Shown: positions 19,421 to 30,118 of the stretch, piece by piece
How positions within the stretch are numbered: position 1 is the first letter of the stretch
Layout of the letters: the number at the start of each line of letters is the position of its first letter
NCBI GenBank assembly: GCA_016933215.1
Contig: JAFGBH010000047.1
Coordinates: 1-62,397 of the forward strand
Direction of reading: 5' to 3'
DNA: 62,397 nt
From: Deltaproteobacteria bacterium
GTDB taxonomy: Bacteria > Desulfobacterota > Syntrophia > Syntrophales > UBA2210
The notes under the pieces: model-generated
What the model was told of the DNA's origin: nothing
What the model saw: only the letters and a program-made list of their open reading frames with translations
The model's database searches: none
Program-made: the position numbers and the translations under genes

Positions 19421-20400
19421 TGGTGCTCCACGAGGGGAAATTATTTGAATTTTTAATTGCCGAGCCTGAAAGCGGAGAGAGGCTTGACCTTTTTCTTTCA
19501 AAACAGGAGCTCTTTCTGACCCGTTCACAGGTCAAGAGGGTAACCGATGAGGGAAAGGTATGGGTCAATAATCGGAAGGTTAAGCCGGGGTATCGTTTAA
19601 GGGCCGGAGATCGAGTATCCATCAAAAAGGAAAAGCCCCGAGAGTACAACCTTGCCCCTGAGGAACTACCCCTCGATGTTGTCTTCGAAGACAGATCAGT
19701 CATCGTGGTGGACAAGCCGCCCGGTATGGTGGTCCATCCCGCTGCTGGAAACTACAGCGGCACACTCGTTAATGCTCTCCTCTTTCACTGTAAGGACTTA
19801 TCCGGTATCGGAGGCGTTTTGAGACCCGGTATCGTTCACCGGCTGGATAAGAATACCTCGGGGCTCATCGTGGCGGCGAAGTCGGATGTGGCACACAGGG
19901 AACTGGCCGCGCAGTTCAAGGAGCATCTCGTAACAAAGGTCTATAAGGCCCTTGTTCACGGTGAAGTAAGAAAAGAAGGGGTGGTCGATTTATCCATCGG
20001 CAGACACCCCGTGGATGGAAAGAAGATGTCGACAAAAAGCAGGAGGGGAAAAGAGGCTCTCACGCGCTGGAGTGTGGTCGAGTCGTATGGCCCGGTGACG
20101 CTCCTGGATGTAAGAATAGAGACCGGAAGAACACATCAGATCAGGGTGCATCTGAATGCCTTGGGGCATCCTGTCGTCGGGGATTCACTCTACGGAAACT
20201 CGAAGAAACGGATAAAGGCTTTAAAGGATACCTCGTTGAGGACTATCCTTAATGATGTGGCAAGGCAGGCGCTTCATGCAAGCAGGATCGGGTTTCGCCA
20301 TCCCGAGACGGGGGAATATATGGAATTTTCCTCTCTCCTTCCGGCTGATATAGCCACTGTATGTGAAAAGCTGAGGGAATATGCCTTTCGAGACGCATAA
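19420..20400 (+). CDS. rluD: RluA/RluD pseudouridine synthase
   Basis: S4 domain, GIVHRLDKNTSG, TGRTHQIRVH. Confidence 0.93.
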   Translation: MVLHEGKLFEFLIAEPESGERLDLFLSKQELFLTRSQVKRVTDEGKVWVNNRKVKPGYRLRAGDRVSIKKEKPREYNLAPEELPLDVVFEDRSVIVVDKPPGMVVHPAAGNYSGTLVNALLFHCKDLSGIGGVLRPGIVHRLDKNTSGLIVAAKSDVAHRELAAQFKEHLVTKVYKALVHGEVRKEGVVDLSIGRHPVDGKKMSTKSRRGKEALTRWSVVESYGPVTLLDVRIETGRTHQIRVHLNALGHPVVGDSLYGNSKKRIKALKDTSLRTILNDVARQALHASRIGFRHPETGEYMEFSSLLPADIATVCEKLREYAFRDA

Positions 20401-21205
20401 TAGCTTTCAATTCTCCGGAAAGGGCAGCATCGGGTATCTGGAATCGACGGCACTCAGGGAGTGTGCTTTCATAGTCCATGCCTTTCTCACACGGTGGAGA
20501 GGCAGAGATGATGAAAGGTCCGTGAGCTTTAATTTTGGCAATCCTCTGGACGAGCGGGAAGAAACTTCAAAAAGGAACTGGGACCTTCTCTCCTCCGCCT
20601 TTGATATTCCTGTAAAGCATTTTTTCACCGTCGATCAGGTTCACGGAGGGGAGATTTTAATTATCGACGATGATCCAGATGCCGTAGCTGGAAAAGGCAG
20701 AAACTTCCCTTTTGACGGGATTATCACGGCAAGGCCGGGCATTGCCATAGGAATCAAAACGGCGGACTGCGTCCCTGTTATTTTTATGGATCCTGTAAAG
20801 CGTATCGTCGGGGCGGTGCACGCGGGATGGAAGGGAACCGCCCTTTCGATTGCCGCCAGGGCGGTTGATCTTCTTGTCACAAGATTCGGATCTGATTCGA
20901 AGGATATCCATGGGGTTATCGGTCCCGCCATAGGACCCTGCTGTTACGAGGTCGATACACGGGTCTTTGAGAGCATGAAACACCTGCCCGGTCGCGACCT
21001 TTTTTTTAAGGAAGGTGATGACGAAGGAAAATGGATGCTCGACCTTGGTGCGGCCAATAAATTTCAGTTAGAAAAGCAAGGTATACCTGCCGGTAATATT
21101 TATTCCGCCGATCTCTGCACGTCCTGTCATCGGGACACTTTTTTTTCACACAGAGGAGACGGAGGAGGAACGGGAAGACAATTAAATTTCATAATGTTAA
21201 GGTAA
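20381..21205 (+). CDS. pgeF: peptidoglycan editing factor / purine nucleoside phosphorylase (YfiH family)
   Basis: QVHG, TADCVP, HAGWKG, FFSHR. Confidence 0.93.
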   Translation: MPFETHNSFQFSGKGSIGYLESTALRECAFIVHAFLTRWRGRDDERSVSFNFGNPLDEREETSKRNWDLLSSAFDIPVKHFFTVDQVHGGEILIIDDDPDAVAGKGRNFPFDGIITARPGIAIGIKTADCVPVIFMDPVKRIVGAVHAGWKGTALSIAARAVDLLVTRFGSDSKDIHGVIGPAIGPCCYEVDTRVFESMKHLPGRDLFFKEGDDEGKWMLDLGAANKFQLEKQGIPAGNIYSADLCTSCHRDTFFSHRGDGGGTGRQLNFIMLR

Positions 21206-21668
21206 GCCTCCGATATTATTGCAGCCCCATCTAAAAAATTATCTTGACAAGTAGTATGCTTTATTATAGTTCTAATAGCCTCAATATAATTCTATATGCT
21301 AAATCCTTCCCTATGAAGTATTTCAGGAGTTCACAATAGCAAAGAATAATGTAAAGGGACTTTGACAAAAGAGGGCATCTCCGTTGCCCCAAATGTATTT
21401 TCAACAAGGCCGAATCTTGTGTGTTGCAGCTAATTCATGGTTTGTCTCCAGGGAAAGGTCATTTGGATTTGCATCTCATGACGCAGCGAACGGTTTGTGT
21501 GGAAGAATCTTGGTTATCATAGGATCATGTCTTCATAGACTTCGCGTGTTTCCATATCCAGGGTGAGTTATAAATATTTTTTATCCCCATATTGAAGCTA
21601 AATATTTTTCCCCTGAAGGAAAATTTCCCATAATTTTGTTTTAAAAGCACATAACAGAGGAATGATAC

Positions 21669-22916
21669 ATGAACATCTCAGAAGTAAAAAAGCAGTCAAT
21701 AGGAGAACTGGCTGAAATGGCGAAGCAGTTGAACGTACCTGGTGCGAGCGGTATGAGGCGGCAGGACCTTATCTTCGCAATTCTTCAGTATCAGTCGGAA
21801 ACAAATGGCGTTATTACGGGTGAAGGCGTCCTGGAGACCTTGCCGGACGGTTTCGGATTTCTTCGATCTGTTGATTATAATTATCTTCCCGGACCTGACG
21901 ATATCTATGTCTCGCCGTCACAGATCAGAAGATTCGGTCTGAGAACGGGCGACACCATATCGGGAGAGGTGAGACCCCCGAAAAACGGCGAGAAATATTT
22001 CGCGCTTCTCAAGGTCGATGGCGTAAACTTCGAGGGACCTGAAATTGCAAGGGATAAGATACTCTTCGATAACCTTACGCCCCTCTACCCCGAAGAGAAA
22101 CTCAACCTTGAAATGGACTCGGAGAATTACTCGACGCGAATCATGGACCTTTTTACACCCATAGGCAAGGGGCAAAGGGGACTCATCGTATCTCCGCCCA
22201 GGGCGGGGAAAACGGTGCTCCTCAAGGATATCGCAAACAGTATTACGGCCAACCATGAGGAAGTTGCCCTGATGGTGCTCCTCATTGATGAGCGACCCGA
22301 AGAGGTCACTGACATGGAGCGCAGTGTGGAAGGGGAGGTCATTGCTTCAACCTTTGACGAAACGGCATCGCGCCATGTACAGGTTGCGGAGATGGTTATT
22401 GAGAAGGCAAAACGTCTGGTGGAACACAACAGGGACGTGGTGATTCTCCTTGACAGCATCACCAGGCTTGCCAGGGCATATAATACCGTTGTCCCGCCAA
22501 GTGGAAAGGTACTCTCCGGCGGTGTTGATTCCAATGCGCTCCACAAGCCCAAAAGGTTTTTCGGGGCTGCGAGAAATATAGAAAAGGGTGGGAGTCTCAC
22601 CATCATTTCCACTGCCCTTATCGATACGGGGAGTCGAATGGACGAGGTTATCTTTGAGGAGTTCAAGGGAACGGGAAATATGGAGCTTCATCTGGACAGA
22701 CGGATAGCAGACAGGAGGGTTTTCCCCGCCTTTGATCTTGTTCGCTCCGGTACGAGAAAAGAGGAACTCTTAATACCGACGGAGAATCTCAACAGGATAT
22801 GGATTTTACGAAGGCTACTGCAGGAGATGAATCCCGTCGATGCCATGGAATTCATCATCGGCAAGATAAGGATATCCGATACGAATCAGGAATTTCTTGA
22901 TTCAATGAATCAGTGA
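21669..22916 (+). CDS. rho: transcription termination factor Rho
   Basis: [25 protein letters not shown]. Confidence 0.99.
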   Translation: MNISEVKKQSIGELAEMAKQLNVPGASGMRRQDLIFAILQYQSETNGVITGEGVLETLPDGFGFLRSVDYNYLPGPDDIYVSPSQIRRFGLRTGDTISGEVRPPKNGEKYFALLKVDGVNFEGPEIARDKILFDNLTPLYPEEKLNLEMDSENYSTRIMDLFTPIGKGQRGLIVSPPRAGKTVLLKDIANSITANHEEVALMVLLIDERPEEVTDMERSVEGEVIASTFDETASRHVQVAEMVIEKAKRLVEHNRDVVILLDSITRLARAYNTVVPPSGKVLSGGVDSNALHKPKRFFGAARNIEKGGSLTIISTALIDTGSRMDEVIFEEFKGTGNMELHLDRRIADRRVFPAFDLVRSGTRKEELLIPTENLNRIWILRRLLQEMNPVDAMEFIIGKIRISDTNQEFLDSMNQ

Positions 22917-23003
22917 GATAAGAGAAAAAGGGAAAAACTTCAGACTCCGGGAGGGGAACTCTCTCCCGTGACAGAGGACTTCGGAATCAGGAATTACGAA
23001 GTA

Positions 23004-23121
23004 TTGAATTGAACAGCGAGCGCATTCCCCGCTGCTTGCAGCGGGGAATGCGAGCGAGTAAAAAATAAACATTTTCCTTAACAATCGGAGCTTCCCCGTA
23101 ACTTATTGCGGGGAAGCTCAA
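23004..23121 (+). mobile_element. family A 118-bp twin-hairpin intergenic element, copy 1 (IS200/IS605-like non-autonomous element)
   Basis: TTGAA...GCGAGCGCATTCCCCG-hairpin-AT-rich spacer-CCCCG hairpin...CTCAA; homologous to 52769, 57492 and 62310. Confidence 0.7.
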
Positions 23122-23196
23122 ATAAATTACTTGAAATTACGATTCAAATGAATATAATAGCCAGCTTTTGGTAACCCAAGGAGGAGAAAGAGGATA

Positions 23197-23424
23197 ATGA
23201 AAAAGGGTATTCATCCAGACTATAACAAAACCACCGTAACCTGTGTCTGCGGTAACGTTTTTGAAACGAGATCCACCAGAAAAGAGATTAAGGTGGAAAT
23301 ATGTTCAAAATGCCACCCTTTTATGACGGGACAGCAGAAGATAATGGATACTGCGGGACGGGTAGAGAAGTTCAGGCAAAAATATGCTAATGTGGGACAG
23401 AACAAAAAGGACAAAAAATCTTAG
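23197..23424 (+). CDS. rpmE: 50S ribosomal protein L31 (Cys-containing type)
   Basis: MKKGIHP, CVCG, CSKCHPF. Confidence 0.98.
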   Translation: MKKGIHPDYNKTTVTCVCGNVFETRSTRKEIKVEICSKCHPFMTGQQKIMDTAGRVEKFRQKYANVGQNKKDKKS

Positions 23425-23559
23425 CTAATCCCGGTGTCGTCAAAGGCGGGCCCTGTCGGCGATGTTCAAAATAAATAGTGCAGACTATCTTTTAACCCAC
23501 GGGTTTTCAGTTTGATTTCCCCCTCCGGAACAACAAATCATCCGTCCTGGTAGAGTGTG

Positions 23560-24630
23560 ATGTTTTCTAAACTTAAAGACATAGAAAATAGATACGAAGA
23601 ACTGGAAAGGTTCCTGAGTGATCCCGCTGTAATCAATGACTACAGCCTTTATCAGCGTTATGGTAAGGAACATGCTGATCTCACAGATATCGTGGAGGCG
23701 TTCCGGGAGCATGAAAAGACGGTTTTGCAGATTGAGGAGAACCAGGGACTGCTCAAAGAGAGCGATGATGAATTCCGGGAACTGATCAAGGAAGAAAATG
23801 TCAATCTCCGAAACAATCTTGAGGCCCTGACGGAAAAACTGAAAGTGCTCTTGTTGCCGAAGGACCCCAATGATGAAAGAAATGTGTTTCTTGAGATACG
23901 AGCCGGGATAGGCGGCGATGAAGCCGGACTCTTTGCTGCCGACCTGTATCGCATGTACGCCATGTATGCGGAGCGGTGCGGCTGGAAGGTCGAGGTGGTC
24001 AGTTCCAGCCCATCGGGCGGCATGGGCGGATTTAAAGAAGTTGTATCACTCGTTACAGGAAGAGGGGCATACAGCAGACTGAAATATGAAAGCGGGGTCC
24101 ATCGGGTACAGAGGGTCCCCATTACCGAGGCCCAGGGGCGGATCCATACCTCTGCCGTTACCGTGGCCGTTCTTCCCGAAGCGGAAGATGTGGAAATCAC
24201 TATTGACCCGAACGAACTGAGAATAGATGTCTATCGATCCACCGGTCATGGCGGACAGAGTGTCAATACGACAGATTCCGCCGTGAGAATTACCCATCTC
24301 CCGACGGGATTGGTGGTAACCTGCCAGGATGAGAAATCACAGCACAAAAATAAGGCAAAGGCCCTGAAGGTTCTGAAGGCGAGACTCCTCGACCAGATGA
24401 GGGAAGAACAGGATGCTGAGATCTCGGAGACGAGGAAGAAACAGGTGGGAAGCGGCGACAGGAGTCAACGGGTAAGAACCTATAATTTTCCCCAGGGACG
24501 TATGACCGACCACCGGATCGGACTCACCCTCTATAATCTGGAAAACATTCTTGACGGGAACATCGATGCCGTCGTTGATGCCCTCATGACCCATTACCAG
24601 GCTGAGTCGCTCAAGTTTTCAGACCTTTAA
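23560..24630 (+). CDS. prfA: peptide chain release factor 1
   Basis: PxT (PIT) and GGQ motifs. Confidence 0.98.
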   Translation: MFSKLKDIENRYEELERFLSDPAVINDYSLYQRYGKEHADLTDIVEAFREHEKTVLQIEENQGLLKESDDEFRELIKEENVNLRNNLEALTEKLKVLLLPKDPNDERNVFLEIRAGIGGDEAGLFAADLYRMYAMYAERCGWKVEVVSSSPSGGMGGFKEVVSLVTGRGAYSRLKYESGVHRVQRVPITEAQGRIHTSAVTVAVLPEAEDVEITIDPNELRIDVYRSTGHGGQSVNTTDSAVRITHLPTGLVVTCQDEKSQHKNKAKALKVLKARLLDQMREEQDAEISETRKKQVGSGDRSQRVRTYNFPQGRMTDHRIGLTLYNLENILDGNIDAVVDALMTHYQAESLKFSDL

Positions 24631-24676
24631 ACGTAAAATCCATACCATTACAAAAAACCCCATACGTGCGATTTCT

Positions 24677-25531
24677 ATGAAGATTTTTCAAGCACTGGAA
24701 AAAGCTGAAGCCCTGTTAAAAAGAGAGAGGATTTCTACGCCCAGGCTCGATGCGGAGGTGCTCCTTTGTCATGCGATTGGGAAGGATAAACATTATCTGT
24801 ACAAGAACCCGGGAAAAGTACTCAACGATAATGAAAATGATTTATTTCAGGCACTTGTTGAGCGAAGACGTGGAAGGGAACCGGTTGCCTATATCGTAGG
24901 GAAAAAGGAGTTCTGGTCCCTCGATCTTGAGGTCACAAGGGAGGTCCTCATACCGAGACCGGATACCGAGGTCGTGATTGAGGAAACCCTGAGAATTTCA
25001 GATGAACTGAATAAGGAGAATCTGAGAATTCTCGATGTCGGGACGGGGAGTGGTGCGATTTCTATTGCACTTGCCACTCAATTGAAGGATAGCACGATTG
25101 TTGCCGTGGACAGTTCAATGGAGGCGCTCAGGATTGCCAGAAGGAATGCCGAGCAATATGAGATGGGAGAGCGGATTCACTTCCTCTGCGGAAATTTATT
25201 GAAGCCCCTTTCAGAAAAATTTGATATAGTCGTTTCGAGTCCCCCCTACGTGTCGGAAGCGGAGTTTGAGAGGCTCCCTGACGAGATACGAAAATTCGAG
25301 CCAAAAGGGGCCCTCGTGAGCGGGAAAGACGGGACTGAATGTTACAGGGAACTTGTCGAAGATGCCAAGTATCTTCTTGAAAGCGGGGGATGGCTTGTCA
25401 TGGAGATAGGCTGGGGGCAGGCAGAAGCTATCGGGGAAATAATAAGAAATGATGGGTCCTATGGGGATGTCCTTTTCCGCAGAGATTTAGGCGGCAGAAA
25501 GAGGGTTGTCTCGGCGAGGATTGGCGGGTGA
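24677..25531 (+). CDS. prmC: release factor glutamine methyltransferase
   Basis: LIPRPDTE, DVGTGSG; SPPY in place of NPPY; follows prfA. Confidence 0.93.
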   Translation: MKIFQALEKAEALLKRERISTPRLDAEVLLCHAIGKDKHYLYKNPGKVLNDNENDLFQALVERRRGREPVAYIVGKKEFWSLDLEVTREVLIPRPDTEVVIEETLRISDELNKENLRILDVGTGSGAISIALATQLKDSTIVAVDSSMEALRIARRNAEQYEMGERIHFLCGNLLKPLSEKFDIVVSSPPYVSEAEFERLPDEIRKFEPKGALVSGKDGTECYRELVEDAKYLLESGGWLVMEIGWGQAEAIGEIIRNDGSYGDVLFRRDLGGRKRVVSARIGG

Positions 25532-25534
25532 AAC

Positions 25535-26785
25535 GTGGATAAGATTATAATAAAAGGCGGAAAGAAGCTTAAGGGGGAAATTGTGATAAGCGGTTCGAAG
25601 AATGCCGCACTCCCCATTATCGTGTCATCGCTCCTCACGGAGGGCTGGAATACCGTCTACAATGTCCCCGACCTCATGGATGTGCGGACGATAAAGAGGC
25701 TTTTGGTGGGCCTCGGGGTAAAGGTCGAGGAAGGAGAAAATCTAAGGATTAATGCGGGAAGCATAACAAATTGCGAGGCCTCCTATGACCTGGTCAAAAC
25801 GATGAGGGCCTCGATTCTGGTTCTCGGGCCCCTGGTAGCGAGAATGGGAAGGGCGAGGGTTTCTCTCCCCGGTGGGTGCGCAATTGGTGCGAGGCCCGTG
25901 AACCTGCATCTAAAGGCACTCCAGGCCCTCGGTGCGGAGATAGAGCTGCGAGACGGTTACGTGGAGGCCAAGGCTTCACGGCTGAAGGGGGCAAAGATCT
26001 ATTTCGATATCTCCACGGTGACGGGCACGGAAAATATAATGATGGCGGCCACTCTGGCCAAAGGGACAACTGTCCTCGGAAACGCTGCACGGGAGCCGGA
26101 GATAATAAACCTCTCCTCCGTATTGAACGATATGGGCGCAAAGATAACCGGGGCCGGGACCGACGTGATAACGATCGAGGGGGTCGAGAGTCTCAGCCCC
26201 GTCGAAGCGCGGGTGATTCCCGATCGGGTTGAAGCAGGTACATACATGATCGCGGCAGGCATCACGGGTGGAGATGTGACGATCAGGGGATGTGACCCCC
26301 GTCATCTCGATGTGCCCATAGAGAAGCTGAAAGAAGCTGGTGTGAAGATCACTCCCCTTGAGGGAGGGCTCAGGGTAAAAGGGAGTAAAGGTATAAGGAG
26401 CGTCGATATCAAAACGCTTCCCTATCCCGGTTTCCCCACCGATCTTCAGGCACAGATGATGGTGCTCATGTCAGCGGCAGAGGGTATAAGCGTTATTACT
26501 GAGAGTGTTTTTGAAAACAGATTCATGCATGTCAATGAATTGATACGAATGGGCGCAGATATTGTAATAGAGGGAAACAGCGCCATTGTCAAAGGGGTAA
26601 AAAAACTTCGGGGTGCCCCGGTCATGGCAACAGATCTGAGGGCCTCCGCCTCCCTGGTCCTTGCCGGTCTCGCGGGTGAGGGAAAAACAGAACTGTCGCG
26701 GGTGTATCACATTGACAGGGGATATGAAAGAATCGAAGAAAAGCTGTCTTCTCTGGGGGCCGATATAAGGAGGGTAAGAGAATAA
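25535..26785 (+). CDS. murA: UDP-N-acetylglucosamine 1-carboxyvinyltransferase
   Basis: [24 protein letters not shown]. Confidence 0.98.
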   Translation: MDKIIIKGGKKLKGEIVISGSKNAALPIIVSSLLTEGWNTVYNVPDLMDVRTIKRLLVGLGVKVEEGENLRINAGSITNCEASYDLVKTMRASILVLGPLVARMGRARVSLPGGCAIGARPVNLHLKALQALGAEIELRDGYVEAKASRLKGAKIYFDISTVTGTENIMMAATLAKGTTVLGNAAREPEIINLSSVLNDMGAKITGAGTDVITIEGVESLSPVEARVIPDRVEAGTYMIAAGITGGDVTIRGCDPRHLDVPIEKLKEAGVKITPLEGGLRVKGSKGIRSVDIKTLPYPGFPTDLQAQMMVLMSAAEGISVITESVFENRFMHVNELIRMGADIVIEGNSAIVKGVKKLRGAPVMATDLRASASLVLAGLAGEGKTELSRVYHIDRGYERIEEKLSSLGADIRRVRE

Positions 26786-26786
26786 A

Positions 26787-28085
26787 ATGAAGATAATACG
26801 GGCTTCCCAGCCCTCCTTTGTGGCAGAAATAGAGAGGATAATGAATCGCGGGGATGTCCTCGATGAGACAGTTATCGAAAGTGTCGCTGAGATCATAGAA
26901 GATGTTAAAAAGAGAGGGGACAAGGCACTTATCGAGTATACAGAGAAATTTGACGGGATTTCTCTCGAACCATCTACCCTGGAGGTCGATTCCGATGAAA
27001 TCGAGAATGCCGTCAATTCCCTCGATCCCGAAGATATTGATCTTCTCAGACTCTCTGCGGGCCGTATAGAAAAATTTCACAAAAAACAGTCGTTACGGTC
27101 GTGGTCCTATACCGACGAGGAAGGCGTGGGGCTGGGGCAGGAAATACGTCCACTCGATCGAGTGGGAATCTACGCTCCGGGAGGTCGAGCCCTTTATCCC
27201 TCAACTGTGCTCATGGCGGCGATACCGGCAAAGGTTGCCGGTGTGGGTGAAATAATCCTTGCCACGCCTTCAACCGGAGGAAGAGTACATCCGCTCATCC
27301 TTGCTGCGGCAAAACTGGGCGGTGTAGAGAGAATATTCAGGATCGGCGGGGCTCAGGCCATTGCTGCCCTTGCGTATGGGACGGAATCGGTTCCGCCGGT
27401 GGACAAGATAGTAGGTCCGGGGAATGTTTATGTCGCGGCTGCCAAGAGGATGGTCTTTGGAAAAGTGGGTATCGATATGATAGCAGGTCCCAGTGAGATT
27501 CTCATCATTTCCGATGGGACGTCGAGACCGGATATTGCTGCAGCAGATCTTTTGTCCCAGGCTGAACACGATGAGTTGGCGAGTGCCGTCCTTGTTACCC
27601 CTTCAGAGGATTTTGCGAGGGAGGTTGCCTCCGAGGTGGATCTCCAATTGAAGGTCATTGAAAGGAGTGCAATTGCACAAAAATCGGTGGAGAATTACGG
27701 TGCGGTGATTGTGACTGCCGACATGGATGAGGCGGTGAAAATAGCCAACATGATTGCCCCGGAACATCTCGAGCTTATGGTGAAGAACCCCGAGAGCGTC
27801 TTGGAAAAAATAAAAAATGCCGGGGCGGTATTTATGGGATACTATACCCCTGAGGCTCTGGGAGATTATATTGCAGGGCCCAACCATATTCTTCCCACGG
27901 GCGGAACGGCAAGGTTTTCTTCTCCTCTCGGTGTGTACGATTTTGTGAAGAGGATGAGCGTCGTCTCTTTTTCAGAAAAATCGCTCAGGCGATACGGTGG
28001 GAAAACGGCCAGATTCGCCGATATGGAAGGCCTTAGGGCACACGGACAATCGATTGTGGTGAGGCTGGAAGGAAAAAAGTCTTGA
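26787..28085 (+). CDS. hisD: histidinol dehydrogenase
   Basis: GPGN, DMIAGPSE, QAEHD, APEHL. Confidence 0.97.
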   Translation: MKIIRASQPSFVAEIERIMNRGDVLDETVIESVAEIIEDVKKRGDKALIEYTEKFDGISLEPSTLEVDSDEIENAVNSLDPEDIDLLRLSAGRIEKFHKKQSLRSWSYTDEEGVGLGQEIRPLDRVGIYAPGGRALYPSTVLMAAIPAKVAGVGEIILATPSTGGRVHPLILAAAKLGGVERIFRIGGAQAIAALAYGTESVPPVDKIVGPGNVYVAAAKRMVFGKVGIDMIAGPSEILIISDGTSRPDIAAADLLSQAEHDELASAVLVTPSEDFAREVASEVDLQLKVIERSAIAQKSVENYGAVIVTADMDEAVKIANMIAPEHLELMVKNPESVLEKIKNAGAVFMGYYTPEALGDYIAGPNHILPTGGTARFSSPLGVYDFVKRMSVVSFSEKSLRRYGGKTARFADMEGLRAHGQSIVVRLEGKKS

Positions 28086-28140
28086 CAAAAAATTTTATAT
28101 GAATAAGGTCTCATAGATATTTTCATGGCGTATCGATAAA

Positions 28141-28215
28141 GCGGGCGTAATTCAGCGGTAGAATGTCAGCTTCCCAAGCTGGACGTCGTGGGTTCGATTC
28201 CCATCGCCCGCTCCA
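28141..28215 (+). tRNA. tRNA-Gly (anticodon CCC)
   Basis: GCGGGCG/CGCCCGC acceptor stem, TT-CCC-AA anticodon loop, GGTTCGATTCC, encoded CCA. Confidence 0.97.
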
Positions 28216-28267
28216 TTTAAATTTTAGTTGCAAATAAAAATATTTATGATATTAGGTTATGTAATTT

Positions 28268-28290
28268 AAGTGGGCTTTGCCCACTTTTTT
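28268..28290 (+). promoter_or_regulatory. rimP leader hairpin
   Basis: AAGTGGGC-ttt-GCCCACTT plus U-tract directly upstream of rimP. Confidence 0.7.
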
Positions 28291-28308
28291 ATTTTTATGG
28301 TGTATGAA

Positions 28309-28788
28309 ATGGTTAATCCCGCGCAAACGTACCGTGAGAAGATGCTTGAATTACTTGAGCCGATTTTCGAAGCTGAAGGGATGGAGCTTGTTGAACTGGA
28401 ATGTTTGAGGGGAAAACCCCGTTGGGTTGTCAGAATTTATATCGATAAAGATGGAGGAGTAACGATTGACGACTGTGCAGAGATCAGCAGTCAGGTCGGT
28501 GATCTCCTCACCGTTTATGATATCCCTCCCGGTCCTTATACCCTGGAGGTGTCTTCGCCGGGACTTGATCGGCCCCTTGCGCGTGACAGGGACTTCGTGA
28601 AGTACAGAGGTTACGAAATTAAGATCCGTCTCGGTGAAGAATTGGAGGGAAGAAGAAACTTTAGGGGTACACTTAAGGATTATATTGAGGATAGAGGGGA
28701 AAAGCTGCTCGTATTGGATGTGGAAGGAAAGCAGTATCGCATACCAAGGGATAGTGTCCTCAAGGCAAATCTTCAATACGAGTTTTAA
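28309..28788 (+). CDS. rimP: ribosome maturation factor RimP
   Basis: YTLEVSSPGLDRPL. Confidence 0.96.
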   Translation: MVNPAQTYREKMLELLEPIFEAEGMELVELECLRGKPRWVVRIYIDKDGGVTIDDCAEISSQVGDLLTVYDIPPGPYTLEVSSPGLDRPLARDRDFVKYRGYEIKIRLGEELEGRRNFRGTLKDYIEDRGEKLLVLDVEGKQYRIPRDSVLKANLQYEF

Positions 28789-28803
28789 TTTGGAGGATTC
28801 TAC

Positions 28804-30072
28804 ATGTTGCCAGATCTAAGACGTCTCATCGATCAGATGAGTAAGGAAAAAGGTATCGACAGACAGATTATCGTGGAGGCATTGGAAACGGCTGTTTTGA
28901 CGGCCGCGAGAAAGAAACTGGGACTGAGCCTTGACCTGGAGGTACAGTATAACGATGAAGTAGGTGAGATCGAGGCCTTTCAATTCAAAACGGTTGTCGA
29001 AAAGGTCTTGAATTCGGATACCCAGATTTCCCTTGAAGAGGCGCGGGAAAAACTGGACGAGGATGCAGAGCTGGGAGACAGTCTCGGCATGAAGATGGAT
29101 ACCAATACCTTTGGGCGTATTGCCGTTCAGACGGCGAAGCAGATAATAATCCAGAGGGTCAAAGATGCCGAACGTGACAACATATATGAGGAATACAAGG
29201 ACAGGAAGGGAGACCTGGCGAACGGTTTCGTTCAGAGATTTGAAGGGGGTAATATTATCGTCAGCCTCGGTATGACCGAGGGCGTGATACCTTCTTCCGA
29301 GCAGATACACAAAGAGGTTTTTAAGAGGGGGGAAAGGATACGGGCGTATATATACGATATTAAAAGAATATCCAAGGGGCCACAGATACTCCTGTCGAGG
29401 ACACACCCCGGCTTTTTACGGGCTCTTTTCGAACTTGAAGTCCCCGAGATTTCGGAGGGCCTGATCGAAGTTGTCAATATAGCAAGGGAGCCGGGCAACA
29501 GGACAAAAATATCCGTGAAATCAAATGATAAGGACATTGACCCCGTGGGTGCCTGTGTCGGCATGAGGGGGTCTCGTGTACAGAGCGTGGTACAGGAACT
29601 GAGGGGCGAAAAAATAGATATAGTTCCCTATTCGGAAGATCAGGTGAAATATGTCTGCAATGCTCTCTCTCCTGCCAAGGTTGATCGTGTTCTGGTGGAT
29701 GAGGAGGTGGGGGCTATGGAAGTTATCGTGCCCGATGATCAGCTCTCGCTCGCAATAGGTAAAAACGGACAGAACGTGAGGCTGGCAGCGAGACTGACGC
29801 AGTGGAAAATCGATGTAAAGAGCGATTCGATGGTAACAAAACAGCAAGAAGAGGGGCATAAGTCTCTGATGGGGATAACCGGTGTTGGTGAGCGAACTGC
29901 CGATCTTCTTTATAAGGAGGGATTCAGAAGTGTTGCGGCTATCGCATCGGCGGACCCTGAGATGTTGAGTCCCATTAAGGGAGTGAGCAGGGAAAAGGCT
30001 GCTGCCTGGATTGAAGAGGCAATGAAAATAGTCGATAGTGAGGGTGAAAAGGAATCGTCCGAGGTTTCCTGA
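28804..30072 (+). CDS. nusA: transcription factor NusA
   Basis: FGRIAVQTAKQ, GACVGMRG, AIGKNGQNVRLA. Confidence 0.98.
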   Translation: MLPDLRRLIDQMSKEKGIDRQIIVEALETAVLTAARKKLGLSLDLEVQYNDEVGEIEAFQFKTVVEKVLNSDTQISLEEAREKLDEDAELGDSLGMKMDTNTFGRIAVQTAKQIIIQRVKDAERDNIYEEYKDRKGDLANGFVQRFEGGNIIVSLGMTEGVIPSSEQIHKEVFKRGERIRAYIYDIKRISKGPQILLSRTHPGFLRALFELEVPEISEGLIEVVNIAREPGNRTKISVKSNDKDIDPVGACVGMRGSRVQSVVQELRGEKIDIVPYSEDQVKYVCNALSPAKVDRVLVDEEVGAMEVIVPDDQLSLAIGKNGQNVRLAARLTQWKIDVKSDSMVTKQQEEGHKSLMGITGVGERTADLLYKEGFRSVAAIASADPEMLSPIKGVSREKAAAWIEEAMKIVDSEGEKESSEVS

Positions 30073-30118
30073 GGAAACCATCTGCTCACGGTTGATGGAA
30101 TGATGGGGAGTTTCAGTA

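Noticed and set aside
21206-21668. ncRNA or gene in the long region upstream of rho
   Set aside because: No convincing ORF or recognisable fold; long rho leaders are common
14047-22975. Shared 15-mer CTCTCCCGTGACAGA near 14047 and 22961
   Set aside because: A match of this length is expected by chance in 62 kb and the flanks do not align
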